The notes under the pieces are model-generated. The model did not search any database and was not told the DNA's origin. It saw only the letters and a program-made list of their open reading frames with translations. Made by a program: the position numbers and the translations under genes. Shown here in pieces: positions 31,682 to 39,475 of a stretch of 64,000 nucleotides of DNA. How positions within the stretch are numbered: position 1 is the stretch's first letter; every line of letters begins with the position of its first letter. Source of the DNA: Pelagomonas calceolata (lineage: Eukaryota). Location of the stretch: the NCBI GenBank assembly GCA_918797485.1, contig CAKKNE010000004.1, positions 2,790,001 to 2,854,000 of the forward strand. Direction: 5' to 3'.

Positions 31682-32500
31682 CTAAGTCTCCCGGTAGTGC
31701 ACGCGATCCTCGAGGAATACCGGATCGGTCGCGTACTCCAGACACAAGTCCACCAGTAGATCCCTATCTCCTTTCAAATGCTGCGCAAGCAACGCCAGCG
31801 CCCGCGAGCGATGGGAAATGGCGTTCTTCGCCTCGCCGCTCATCTCCGCGAACGTCTCCGCCGAACCTTCCGGCTGGAAGACGGCGTCCCAACCGAAGCC
31901 CGAGCCACCCCTTGGAGATACAATGGTACCATTGCACACGCCCGAAAAAACAAGAGGCACGGCGCCCGGGCCCGGCGAGAAGGCGATGCACGACTGCGCG
32001 AAGGCCGACTTGTCGTCGTAGTCCGTCAACAACCGGTGGAGCTCGACCTTCGACTGCTGGAACCACTTGATGTAGGGTCCCGGCATGCCGCCGATGGCGT
32101 TCAAACACAACGACGTGTCATCCACGATCGCCGGGCCGCCGCAGGCCTCCGCGGCCAAGCGTGCCTTCGCGGCCGCGATTTTCTCGGGTTGCGATTCCTG
32201 CAATTCATCTAAATCAATATCAATCATTTCTAAGGGTAAAGGCAGGCCGTTCATGCCCAGAATTTCTTCCACTTCTCGGAGTTTCATGGCGTTGCCGGTG
32301 ACGAATTTGATGATGACGCACTCGTCGTGGTCGTCTTCGCTTGTGGCGCGCGCCGGCCGCCGCCGTCGTGGCAGCGTCGCTGCGGCTGCGTGCGTGCGCG
32401 GTGACACCAGCGCGTGTCCCGCGCGCGGCTGCAATAGCACCGCGAAGGCCGCCACAGCACCCAGCCACAGCTGCGTGAAAGTAAGCTTGCGGGACCGCAT
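31682..32500 (-). CDS. ITPA: Inosine triphosphate pyrophosphatase (HAM1 family) with N-terminal targeting sequence
   Basis: FVTGNAMKLREV, DDTSL..GGMPGPYIKWF, FGWDAVF, KNAISHR. Confidence 0.93.
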   Translation of the reverse strand: MRSRKLTFTQLWLGAVAAFAVLLQPRAGHALVSPRTHAAAATLPRRRRPARATSEDDHDECVIIKFVTGNAMKLREVEEILGMNGLPLPLEMIDIDLDELQESQPEKIAAAKARLAAEACGGPAIVDDTSLCLNAIGGMPGPYIKWFQQSKVELHRLLTDYDDKSAFAQSCIAFSPGPGAVPLVFSGVCNGTIVSPRGGSGFGWDAVFQPEGSAETFAEMSGEAKNAISHRSRALALLAQHLKGDRDLLVDLCLEYATDPVFLEDRVHYRET

Positions 32501-32607
32501 CGCTCTAGAACCCACGCGGGGGAGTGGGAGGACGAAATCCAAGCAAGTTTTAGGCAACGAAGCCACAGCTAGGCCAAAACAAGGAAGTTGGTTGCCCGTC
32601 GATCGGT

Positions 32608-32630
32608 GCTAGCGTCAGTAAGCCACTAGC
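32608..32630 (+). promoter_or_regulatory. GCTAG-box upstream element, copy 7
   Basis: GCTAGCGTCAGTAAGCCACTAGC, between divergent genes. Confidence 0.6.
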
Positions 32631-32696
32631 AAACAAGCTTCGAGGCTGCCGCACGCCACCAAAACGGCCCCGGGCTGCCGAACCGCACTCGCACGG

Positions 32697-34040
32697 ATGC
32701 GATTCATACCACCACTCGTCGTCGCGGCGCTCGTGGCCGCCGCACAACCTGTGGACGAAGCTAAACTAGCCTCGGCCCGGGCGGCGCACGCGGACACGCA
32801 GACATTAAACGACGCCATTGATGCGTTGGAGACGCGGCAGCGGGCGCGCGCCCACGAGCGCCGGCGGCTGGAACAGCGTAAAAACGAGGGCGCGGCCCAC
32901 GCGGCCGCGATCTCGAACAAGACCGAGGCGTTGTGGGCCGAGCTCACGAAGACGAAGGACCTCGGCGACGGCCGGGGCCCCTGCGACCTCGCGAGCGCGG
33001 GCCCCGACGCGCTGACCTGGGCGCGCGACGCGTTAAAAGACGCTGCGGCCGCGTCGAAGCGCTTGCAAGGCGACCGCAAGGCCTACCTCGAGGCGGCCCA
33101 GGCGGATTTGGAGCTCCTGAATAGGACGGTCTACCCGTCGTTACGGGCGGAGCGCGACGCCATCGACCTCAACTTAAACGACGCGCGGGCGCGGCAAAAG
33201 GTGCTGCGCGAGGACCACGCCAAGTCGAAGACCGCCTGGCTGCGCGACCAGGCCAAGAGCTTTCCCCTGTCGTTGGCGCGGTCGGGCGCGGCGAACTGGA
33301 CGGCGTTCCGAGGGGCGTTCAACGCCTGCGCGCCGATCCTGTACGGGTGCCGGTGCCACGACGACTACGACCTGTTTCTTTATCCGTGTCCTGTTTTTTT
33401 TTGTGCCTTCGTGCTCCCTCGCGTCCTGCGGCCTGCCCCGCGGCGTACTTGGACGGCCTCTTGCCGAGCGGCCTCGCGATCGACCTCACGAGGGAACGCC
33501 TACGGCTGTGCCCGAGGGCTAGGCCGCTGGCCGCGCCCACGATCGAGCCTCCGCGAGCCCGCGGTCGCGGCGGCCACCCTTACGCCATCGACGAGAATCG
33601 CACGCAGGTGCCGCGCCGCGCACATGGAGGAGCCGAGCTGGCTCTGGCGCCTCGGCCCCGCGGACGCGCGGGCGCGGTTTGCCGCGTGGGAGGCCGACGC
33701 GCGGAACCGAAGCAAGGCCCTGGCGATCTCCCTCGCGAACGCGTACTTCGACGTCAAGCTCTGGTGGATCGACCAGGTCGACGAGCACTGCGACTGGCGC
33801 GCGCCGGGCCACGAGAACTGCAAAAGGGCCGCGTTCGCGATCCGGAACTTTCTGGAGTTGTGGCCGTGCCTCTGGAAGACGTCGCTGTTTGTGTGGGTGG
33901 TGAAGCGCGCGTGGCGGGCGCGGGCGTGGCGCTGGCGGGACGCGTTTTGTGTGTTGGTGTTGCTGGCGCTGGCGCTCGGGCCAGGGCCGTGGGGGGACCG
34001 GAAGGGGATGCGGCGGATTGGGGTGGGGGTGTATGTTTGA
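32697..34040 (+). CDS. Unknown secreted/membrane coiled-coil protein, probably with intron(s) within 33374-33607
   Basis: Signal peptide, coiled-coil N-terminal half, C-terminal TM. The middle segment looks intronic (T-run, CACGCAG acceptor at 33607). Confidence 0.6.
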   Translation: MRFIPPLVVAALVAAAQPVDEAKLASARAAHADTQTLNDAIDALETRQRARAHERRRLEQRKNEGAAHAAAISNKTEALWAELTKTKDLGDGRGPCDLASAGPDALTWARDALKDAAAASKRLQGDRKAYLEAAQADLELLNRTVYPSLRAERDAIDLNLNDARARQKVLREDHAKSKTAWLRDQAKSFPLSLARSGAANWTAFRGAFNACAPILYGCRCHDDYDLFLYPCPVFFCAFVLPRVLRPAPRRTWTASCRAASRSTSRGNAYGCARGLGRWPRPRSSLREPAVAAATLTPSTRIARRCRAAHMEEPSWLWRLGPADARARFAAWEADARNRSKALAISLANAYFDVKLWWIDQVDEHCDWRAPGHENCKRAAFAIRNFLELWPCLWKTSLFVWVVKRAWRARAWRWRDAFCVLVLLALALGPGPWGDRKGMRRIGVGVYV

Positions 34041-34055
34041 ATGTTACAATTAACT

Positions 34056-34829
34056 TTAGTCACACTCGTGCGGGAACAAAAAGTCGAGGCCGTCAAACGG
34101 GGCCATGAGCTCAAGAACCCACACGTGGGGAGTCTGCCACTCGCTGAGCTCACTTCTGAAATTTTCTGCTGCATCACTCATTGAACATATCCTTTCTTGT
34201 AATTCCCCAAGGAAATAGCACAGCTTGTTAAACTCATCCATCCACCTCGACCATTTAAGCTTCACGGCGCGGCTTGGCGAGTTTTTGTGATCGTCCCGGT
34301 GGCGGCAACTGACTAAATCTAATCGCAGATCGGGGTACATCTTCCTGAAAATGCGCCCAAAATCTTTGCACACCGACCACCACGCTTGATAGCTATCTAT
34401 ATCTTCGAGAAGCTTTCTCACACGAACGTCCCCGTCACGTATCAAATCCAGGGCAAAAGACAGATGCTCATCACTGTTCTCATTGTCTTCATCATCGTCG
34501 GTCGATTCAAGCAAATCGAACACTCCCCGTTGCATCTCCCTCACGTTTTCGAGGAAGCGCTGGGCGATGCCGTCTTGTTTCAAGACGAGGAAGCTGAGCA
34601 CGTTTTGTAGCATGTCCTCCGGCAGCCGCGAGAGCGCTCCCGCGGTCGCGATATTCTCCGCCAGACCGAGGGCCTCGGCCTTCTTGCGCTCGAACTCGTC
34701 CGCGTCGATTTCCCCGTCGTCGAGCAAGCGCTGCAGATTCCGCAGCGCGTCCGCGTCGAAGGGGTCAGGGCCCACCTCAGGGGAAGTGCTGGGCGTGTCC
34801 GCGGCCTGCGGCGGCCCCGCGTCGGCCAT
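34056..34829 (-). CDS. SHOCT + F-box-like protein
   Basis: LRNLQRLLDDGEIDADEFERKKAEAL (SHOCT); LSRLPEDMLQNVLSFL (F-box start). Confidence 0.7.
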   Translation of the reverse strand: MADAGPPQAADTPSTSPEVGPDPFDADALRNLQRLLDDGEIDADEFERKKAEALGLAENIATAGALSRLPEDMLQNVLSFLVLKQDGIAQRFLENVREMQRGVFDLLESTDDDEDNENSDEHLSFALDLIRDGDVRVRKLLEDIDSYQAWWSVCKDFGRIFRKMYPDLRLDLVSCRHRDDHKNSPSRAVKLKWSRWMDEFNKLCYFLGELQERICSMSDAAENFRSELSEWQTPHVWVLELMAPFDGLDFLFPHECD

Positions 34830-34845
34830 TTAGCAGCTCTGGAGA

Positions 34846-35420
34846 GCACCTTAGATTCAAATCCTGAACTTTGGACCGTGCCGCTCGCAGGCCGTCCCGC
34901 TGCTGTCAGAGGGCCGTCGCGGTCGTCTCGTCTCGAGCAAAAAGCCCGCGGCCGGTTCTCTGCCGGTGGGTTGCAGTGGCGGCCTCGAGCGCGCCACTTG
35001 CCTGGCTCTCGGGCTTTGCTGACGATTGCTTCTTATCGCATGCGACCGAGGGCTCCGCAGCTCTCGGCCGATAGCTGAGACGTGAGCTCCCTTTCGAATC
35101 CCTGTAGCGATTTTATCCGTCGCTATGGATGTCCCATAAAAAGGACAGTTGCACCCAATGGATAAGCATCTACAGATGCGCTACAAGGCGCGAGACTACG
35201 GATCTCGAGATTCAGGGTTAAGCTTATTTTTTTTTGCCCGCTGTGCGACGCGTTCCGTTGAGGAAAGTGGATTCCCGGAGTTTGGCGCCACATGCGTACC
35301 CTCGTACCGTACGAGCGCCGCGCGAGACCCGCGAAGTACCACGACGTCCGCGCCAGGTCGCCGAGGGGCCACGAGGTACATCCTTGGGGTCGCGTCGACG
35401 GCGTGCTGCGGGCTAGCTAG
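34846..35420 (+). repeat. Left arm of long inverted repeat
   Basis: Reverse complement of 37281-37876; 34959-35287 identical by eye. Confidence 0.95.
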
Positions 35421-35490
35421 TCCTCAGCCGTCCGACGACCGGCGCCATTCGTCGATCGCGCGGTTTTTTTATGGGACTAGTCCTCCGCAA

Positions 35491-35644
35491 TTTTGCGTCC
35501 CGGCCAGGCTTCCGACCGCCGGCTAGCTAGTCCTCAGCAGTGAAATATTAAATGCGTTTTTAACGTGCGGGTTTTCAACGGACTAGCCCTTTTGCGTCCC
35601 AGCCGGGCCTCCGACGGCGGGCTAGCTAGTCCTCAGCAGTGAAA
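35491..35644. repeat. Two 55 bp direct repeats (35491-35545, 35590-35644) containing GGCTAGCTAGTCCTCAGC
   Basis: Direct comparison of the two copies; a third copy of the 18-mer lies at 35411-35428. Confidence 0.85.
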
Positions 35645-35662
35645 CGTGAAAACCTAAACTTA

Positions 35663-36505
35663 CTAGAGATACCGGACCATGTGCCCGTAGACGTCCTCGG
35701 CGTCGGGGCCGGCCACCGCGCGTATGACGTCGAAGCGCTCGAAGAGGCGCGGCCAAAACGCCCAGCAGGACGAGCTCTCGAGTCGCTTCTTGCTTTCGTA
35801 GAAGCGACGGCGGCAGAGGAGGAACGTGTCCCGCCGCTGGCGCCACTCGCGCAGTAGCCACGGCGGCGGCGGCGGAAGAGGTTCGCCGTTCTCGCGCGCG
35901 GCCCGGACCGCGTTGTAGTAGAGCCGATCCGCGATCGTCCGAGCGACCTCTCGGTCGCCCTCGCGGCGACTCGCGGCCAGCACGTTGACGGCGAGCTCGC
36001 TCATGGCGTGCATGATTTCGCCCTCCTCCTCGGGCGACCGCGGCTCCGTGATGCCGCTCTCGCGCCGCCAGTTGTCGACGCCCGCCCAGAACGCGGCGGA
36101 GCCTGCCTGGCCGCGGGCCAGACGCGGGAGATTGAAGGAGCCCTCCGACTCCGCTTCCGATGCGGAAGACGACGCGGAGGCCAGGTCGGGCAGGCTCGAG
36201 TCCGAGGCGGAGCTCGCCGAGCGCCGGAGCGGCGGCATGCGCGGTGTCAATCTGCGCAGCGCGGCCTCCAGCGACGCGGCCGCCGCCTCCTCGCCATCCG
36301 ATTCCGATTCCGAAGACGACGCAGCGGCGAAGTCAGGCAGGCTCGAGTCCGATTCCGAGTTCTCCGACCGCCGGAGCGGCGGCATGGGCGGCATTCCCGC
36401 AGGCGGCGCCGGACCGCCACCGCCCGCTGGCGCCAAGGGCACGTCGTCATCAGCAGTCAAGTCAATTGTCGCGGCGTGCTCCGTCCGTGCTTCGTTCTGC
36501 TCCAT
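35663..36505 (-). CDS. Unknown protein inside the inverted-repeat cassette
   Basis: 280 aa ORF with SIM-like TIDLT, duplicated MPPLRRS..SDSSLPD segment and a helical C-terminus. Confidence 0.65.
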   Translation of the reverse strand: MEQNEARTEHAATIDLTADDDVPLAPAGGGGPAPPAGMPPMPPLRRSENSESDSSLPDFAAASSSESESDGEEAAAASLEAALRRLTPRMPPLRRSASSASDSSLPDLASASSSASEAESEGSFNLPRLARGQAGSAAFWAGVDNWRRESGITEPRSPEEEGEIMHAMSELAVNVLAASRREGDREVARTIADRLYYNAVRAARENGEPLPPPPPWLLREWRQRRDTFLLCRRRFYESKKRLESSSCWAFWPRLFERFDVIRAVAGPDAEDVYGHMVRYL

Positions 36506-36947
36506 TACCGCGAATCGTCACGCGCGGCGTCCGTCCTCTGCTGTCGCGTCGTCGCCCACCGCTCGTTCGTCCCGCGCAGCAGCTCAAGGAGTTCGGCTGC
36601 CTTTGTGGTGGGTGTGGCAGCGCTGACACACGCGACGCAGGGCACCGAGTGCCTCTCACAGCTCGCGATAGAGGTCAACCAGGTGCAAAAATCGAGTTGT
36701 ACGCAGCCGTGCTGTCGTTTACGCTGCACCAGGCCGCCACTGCGGGAGAGCAAGCGGCAGCAGCAGAGTGCCAGGGCTACGCGCGGTCTAGCGGGGTGCA
36801 ACTTTAGCGCGTTGCAAAGCCCTCTCAAGCACGCACTACCGTGGCACAATAACGCCACGCGTCCGGCTCGTTCACCAGCAGAGCTGCAGCAGAGACAGCA
36901 GAGATTCACACAAGAGCAGCACGCCGTCGACGCGCCATACGAGAACA

Positions 36948-37238
36948 ATGTCGCGCGCCGCATTGGCGATGCAGTCGGCGGGCTGGGGCGGCCATGCGCC
37001 GACTCCTAGCGACCTCGACGCCACGGGCGGATTGGTCGCGGTGGCGCTTGCGGCCGCATGGGCGTTACTGATTGGGAAGGTGTTCACGTTGGACGCGTAT
37101 ACGGGCGTGCAGATGTTGTCGTTGTGGTTGGTGAGTGTTGCGTGTATTCTGAGGGGTGTCGGGCGGTTGCAGGAGCGACGGCGCGGGAGTTCTTCTGGAG
37201 CGGCGGCGGCGTCTACTGAGACAAAGAAGACGAAGTGA
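36948..37238 (+). CDS. Possible small two-TM protein inside the cassette
   Basis: ACAATG start context and two hydrophobic segments; no family recognised. Confidence 0.35.
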   Translation: MSRAALAMQSAGWGGHAPTPSDLDATGGLVAVALAAAWALLIGKVFTLDAYTGVQMLSLWLVSVACILRGVGRLQERRRGSSSGAAAASTETKKTK

Positions 37239-37280
37239 TGATTGTGATGGTTTGACGGTCGACTTGACCGTGCGTCGCGG

Positions 37281-37876
37281 CTAGCCAGCCCGCCGCACGC
37301 CGTCGACGCAACCCCCGTAGCTCCACCGCAACTGCGCAGCATGTACCTCGGGGCCCCTCGGCGACCTGGTGCGGACGTCGCTGTACCTCGCGGGCCTCGC
37401 GCGGCGCTCGTACGGTACGAGGGTACGCATGTGTCGCCAAACTCCGGGAATCCACTTTCCTCAACGGAACGCGTCGCACAGCGGGCAAAAAAAAATAAGC
37501 TTAACCCTGAATCTCGAGATCCGTAGTCTCGCGCCTTGTAGCGCATCTGTAGATGCTTATCCATTGGGTGCAACTGTCCTTTTTATGGGACATCCATAGC
37601 GACGGATAAAATCGCTACAGGGATTCGAAAGGGAGCTCACGTCTCAGCTATCGGCCGAGAGCTGCGGAGCCCTCGGTCGCATGCGATAAGAAGCAATCGT
37701 CAGCAAAGCCCGAGAGCCAGGCAAGTGGCGCGCTCGAGGCCGCCACTGCAACCCACCGGCAGAAAATAGACTACAGGCTTTTTGCTCGAGACGACACGAC
37801 CGCGACGGCCCTCTGACAGCAGCAAGACGGCCTGCGAGCGGCACGGTCCAAAGTTCAGGATTTGAATCCCAGGTGC
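37281..37876 (-). repeat. Right arm of long inverted repeat
   Basis: Reverse complement of 34846-35420 with a ~21 bp indel near the inner end. Confidence 0.95.
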
Positions 37877-38037
37877 CCCCGCCGCTGCCTCTACGCGGCG
37901 CGGCGGGACCCGCGTGGTCGAAGCGACGCGCGTTCGGCGCGGAGCACGACGACGACGGCCGCGTAAGGCGTCCCGTAAACAAAATCTGAACTCGGACGGC
38001 GCGACGGCGACTCGTGCCAGATGATGAATCGGTCCCA

Positions 38038-38064
38038 GGGGCTCCGCCCACTAGTCCTAGCACC
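38038..38064 (-). repeat. Dispersed CTAG-rich 3'-flank element, copy B
   Basis: Reverse complement reads GGTGCTAGGACTAGTGGGCGGAGCCCC, 75 bp downstream of the RPL24 stop. Confidence 0.7.
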
Positions 38065-38138
38065 CGGGGTGCCGCGGGCGCGTAACTGAATAGGAGTTGA
38101 ACCGCCCCCACGACGACACAGAATAAATACGAGGCATT

Positions 38139-38606
38139 TTACAAGCGCTTCCCGCCCCGCGCGTTCTTGTTGCCCCCCTTGGGCTGCTTCATCTGCTTCG
38201 ACTGCTTCGGTTGGGAGGCTTTGGCCTTCTGCTTGGCCGCCTTCTTCTCCTTGGCGCGCTCCTTGACCTCGCGCATGGCCGCTTCCCGCTGCGCCGACCG
38301 GATCTCGGGCTTCTGCGTGCGCAGCTTCTTGATGTCCTCGGCACTGGTCCCGACGATCGCGCGCTGGACCTTGACGACGCGCCGCGTGCGCTTCTTGGCG
38401 ACGCCCTCGTTGAGGCCCTTCTTGTTCATGATGCGCCACCGCTGCGTCCAGACGAGCTTGGCGGGTTTTTTGCGCTGGTTCATGAGCGACTTGCACTTCC
38501 GCGTGATGACCATGAGCGGCGTGCCGTCCCGCCGCACCATCTTCATGCCGTGGCCGGGAAAGATGTTGAACTCGCTGAACGCGCACTTGTCGTACTTGAC
38601 GACCAT
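38139..38606 (-). CDS. RPL24: 60S ribosomal protein L24 (eL24)
   Basis: CAFSEFNIFPGHG..VRRDG..KCKSL..KKPAKLVWTQRWR..KKG..QRAIVG. Confidence 0.95.
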   Translation of the reverse strand: MVVKYDKCAFSEFNIFPGHGMKMVRRDGTPLMVITRKCKSLMNQRKKPAKLVWTQRWRIMNKKGLNEGVAKKRTRRVVKVQRAIVGTSAEDIKKLRTQKPEIRSAQREAAMREVKERAKEKKAAKQKAKASQPKQSKQMKQPKGGNKNARGGKRL

Positions 38607-38636
38607 CCTGCGCGGGTTGTTGGGTGAGTTGCCCCG

Positions 38637-38643
38637 TCTCTCG

Positions 38644-38679
<36 letters not shown>
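38637..38679. repeat. (TC)n microsatellite, in the putative RPL24 5'UTR intron
   Basis: Near-perfect TC dinucleotide run. Confidence 0.9.
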
Positions 38680-39475
38680 GGCGGCGTCGAGCGGTGGTGA
38701 GCCGGCTCGCCGCCGCCGCCGACTCGCCGCAGCGTGCGGCGGCGGCGTGGGCCGTGGCTAGCGCGGTCGCGGCGCCGGGCCCGCCACCGTCGCGCCGCGC
38801 CCTCGCCGCTGGCGGCTTAAGCGTGCCACGACTGATCTATGCGTGCGCCGGCGTCCTCTCCGGCCGTCGCTCGCCGCAGAGGCCCGCAGCGGCTCGCGTG
38901 CGGCTGTGCTGAGTGAGTGCTGCAAAGACAGCCCTCAGCTCGCTAAGGCCGGCACGGCAGCGCAATCGGCTCGGCGTGAGCATCCGTAGCGTTCAAATGA
39001 GCATTTCTATCGACTCCGTATCGCACTTGCTGGACCAAAGGCGCCGCGCTGGGCCCACCTTTGCCACTCGCTGTCCTCGCAAAATGCAAAAAATGAAATT
39101 GCGGAGCCTCCTTTTACGCCTCGGCGCGCGCCTACGATGTCTCTCGTGAGCCTCTGGAGTCCTCAGGAACCCAAAAGTCGACCGCTTCGCAATAAATGAG
39201 CAGCCGCACGCGGTCTACTGGCAGACGAGTCCGCGACCGGGCCGGCGCGCGCGGTACGCGACCGTGAACAGACGACTCCTAGGAGCCACGAAGGCGCCGC
39301 GACGCCGCGCTATCTTGCGGGCCGCTGGGAGGGGCCTCCTTGCCGGCCCGGCCCAAAAAAGCCGCGCGCGAGGCGCAAAACCGACGCATCGCCGGCCCGA
39401 GGCAGCCACCGCACCGCCAGCTATCCATCGGACAAAAGCGCCGCAGCCCCAGCCCCCAGAAAACGACGAGCGCTC

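Noticed and set aside
35066..35105. tRNA gene (TAGCTGAG...TTCGAATCCC)
   Set aside because: No anticodon arm or acceptor stem; the boxes are too close together.
35047..35130. TPP-riboswitch-like string (GGG..CTGAGA..CCCTTT.GAA..CCTG + hairpin)
   Set aside because: Lacks the conserved GAU/GCG pyrophosphate-binding loop, the UAAU loop and the AGGGA strand; no thiamine gene adjacent.
34871..35526. ORFs within the inverted-repeat arms (e.g. MHPMDKHLQ..., also at 36872..37573)
   Set aside because: They are identical only because of the repeat; non-ATG starts and no protein-like features or transposase motifs.
35411..35644. CRISPR-like array
   Set aside because: Only 3 short repeats with ~80-90 bp, partly homologous spacers; eukaryotic context and no cas genes.
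36786..36807. Degenerate ninth GCTAG box (TCTAGCGGGGTGCAACTTTAGC)
   Set aside because: Lacks the GTAA core and the CACTAG half-site; not counted.
37501..37510. Telomerase-template-like TAACCCT
   Set aside because: Too short to template with realignment; no supporting structure.
38021..38089. Box C/D snoRNA candidate (ATGATGA...CTGA)
   Set aside because: No terminal stem, no rRNA-complementary guide recognised, and the interior is the dispersed CTAG element.
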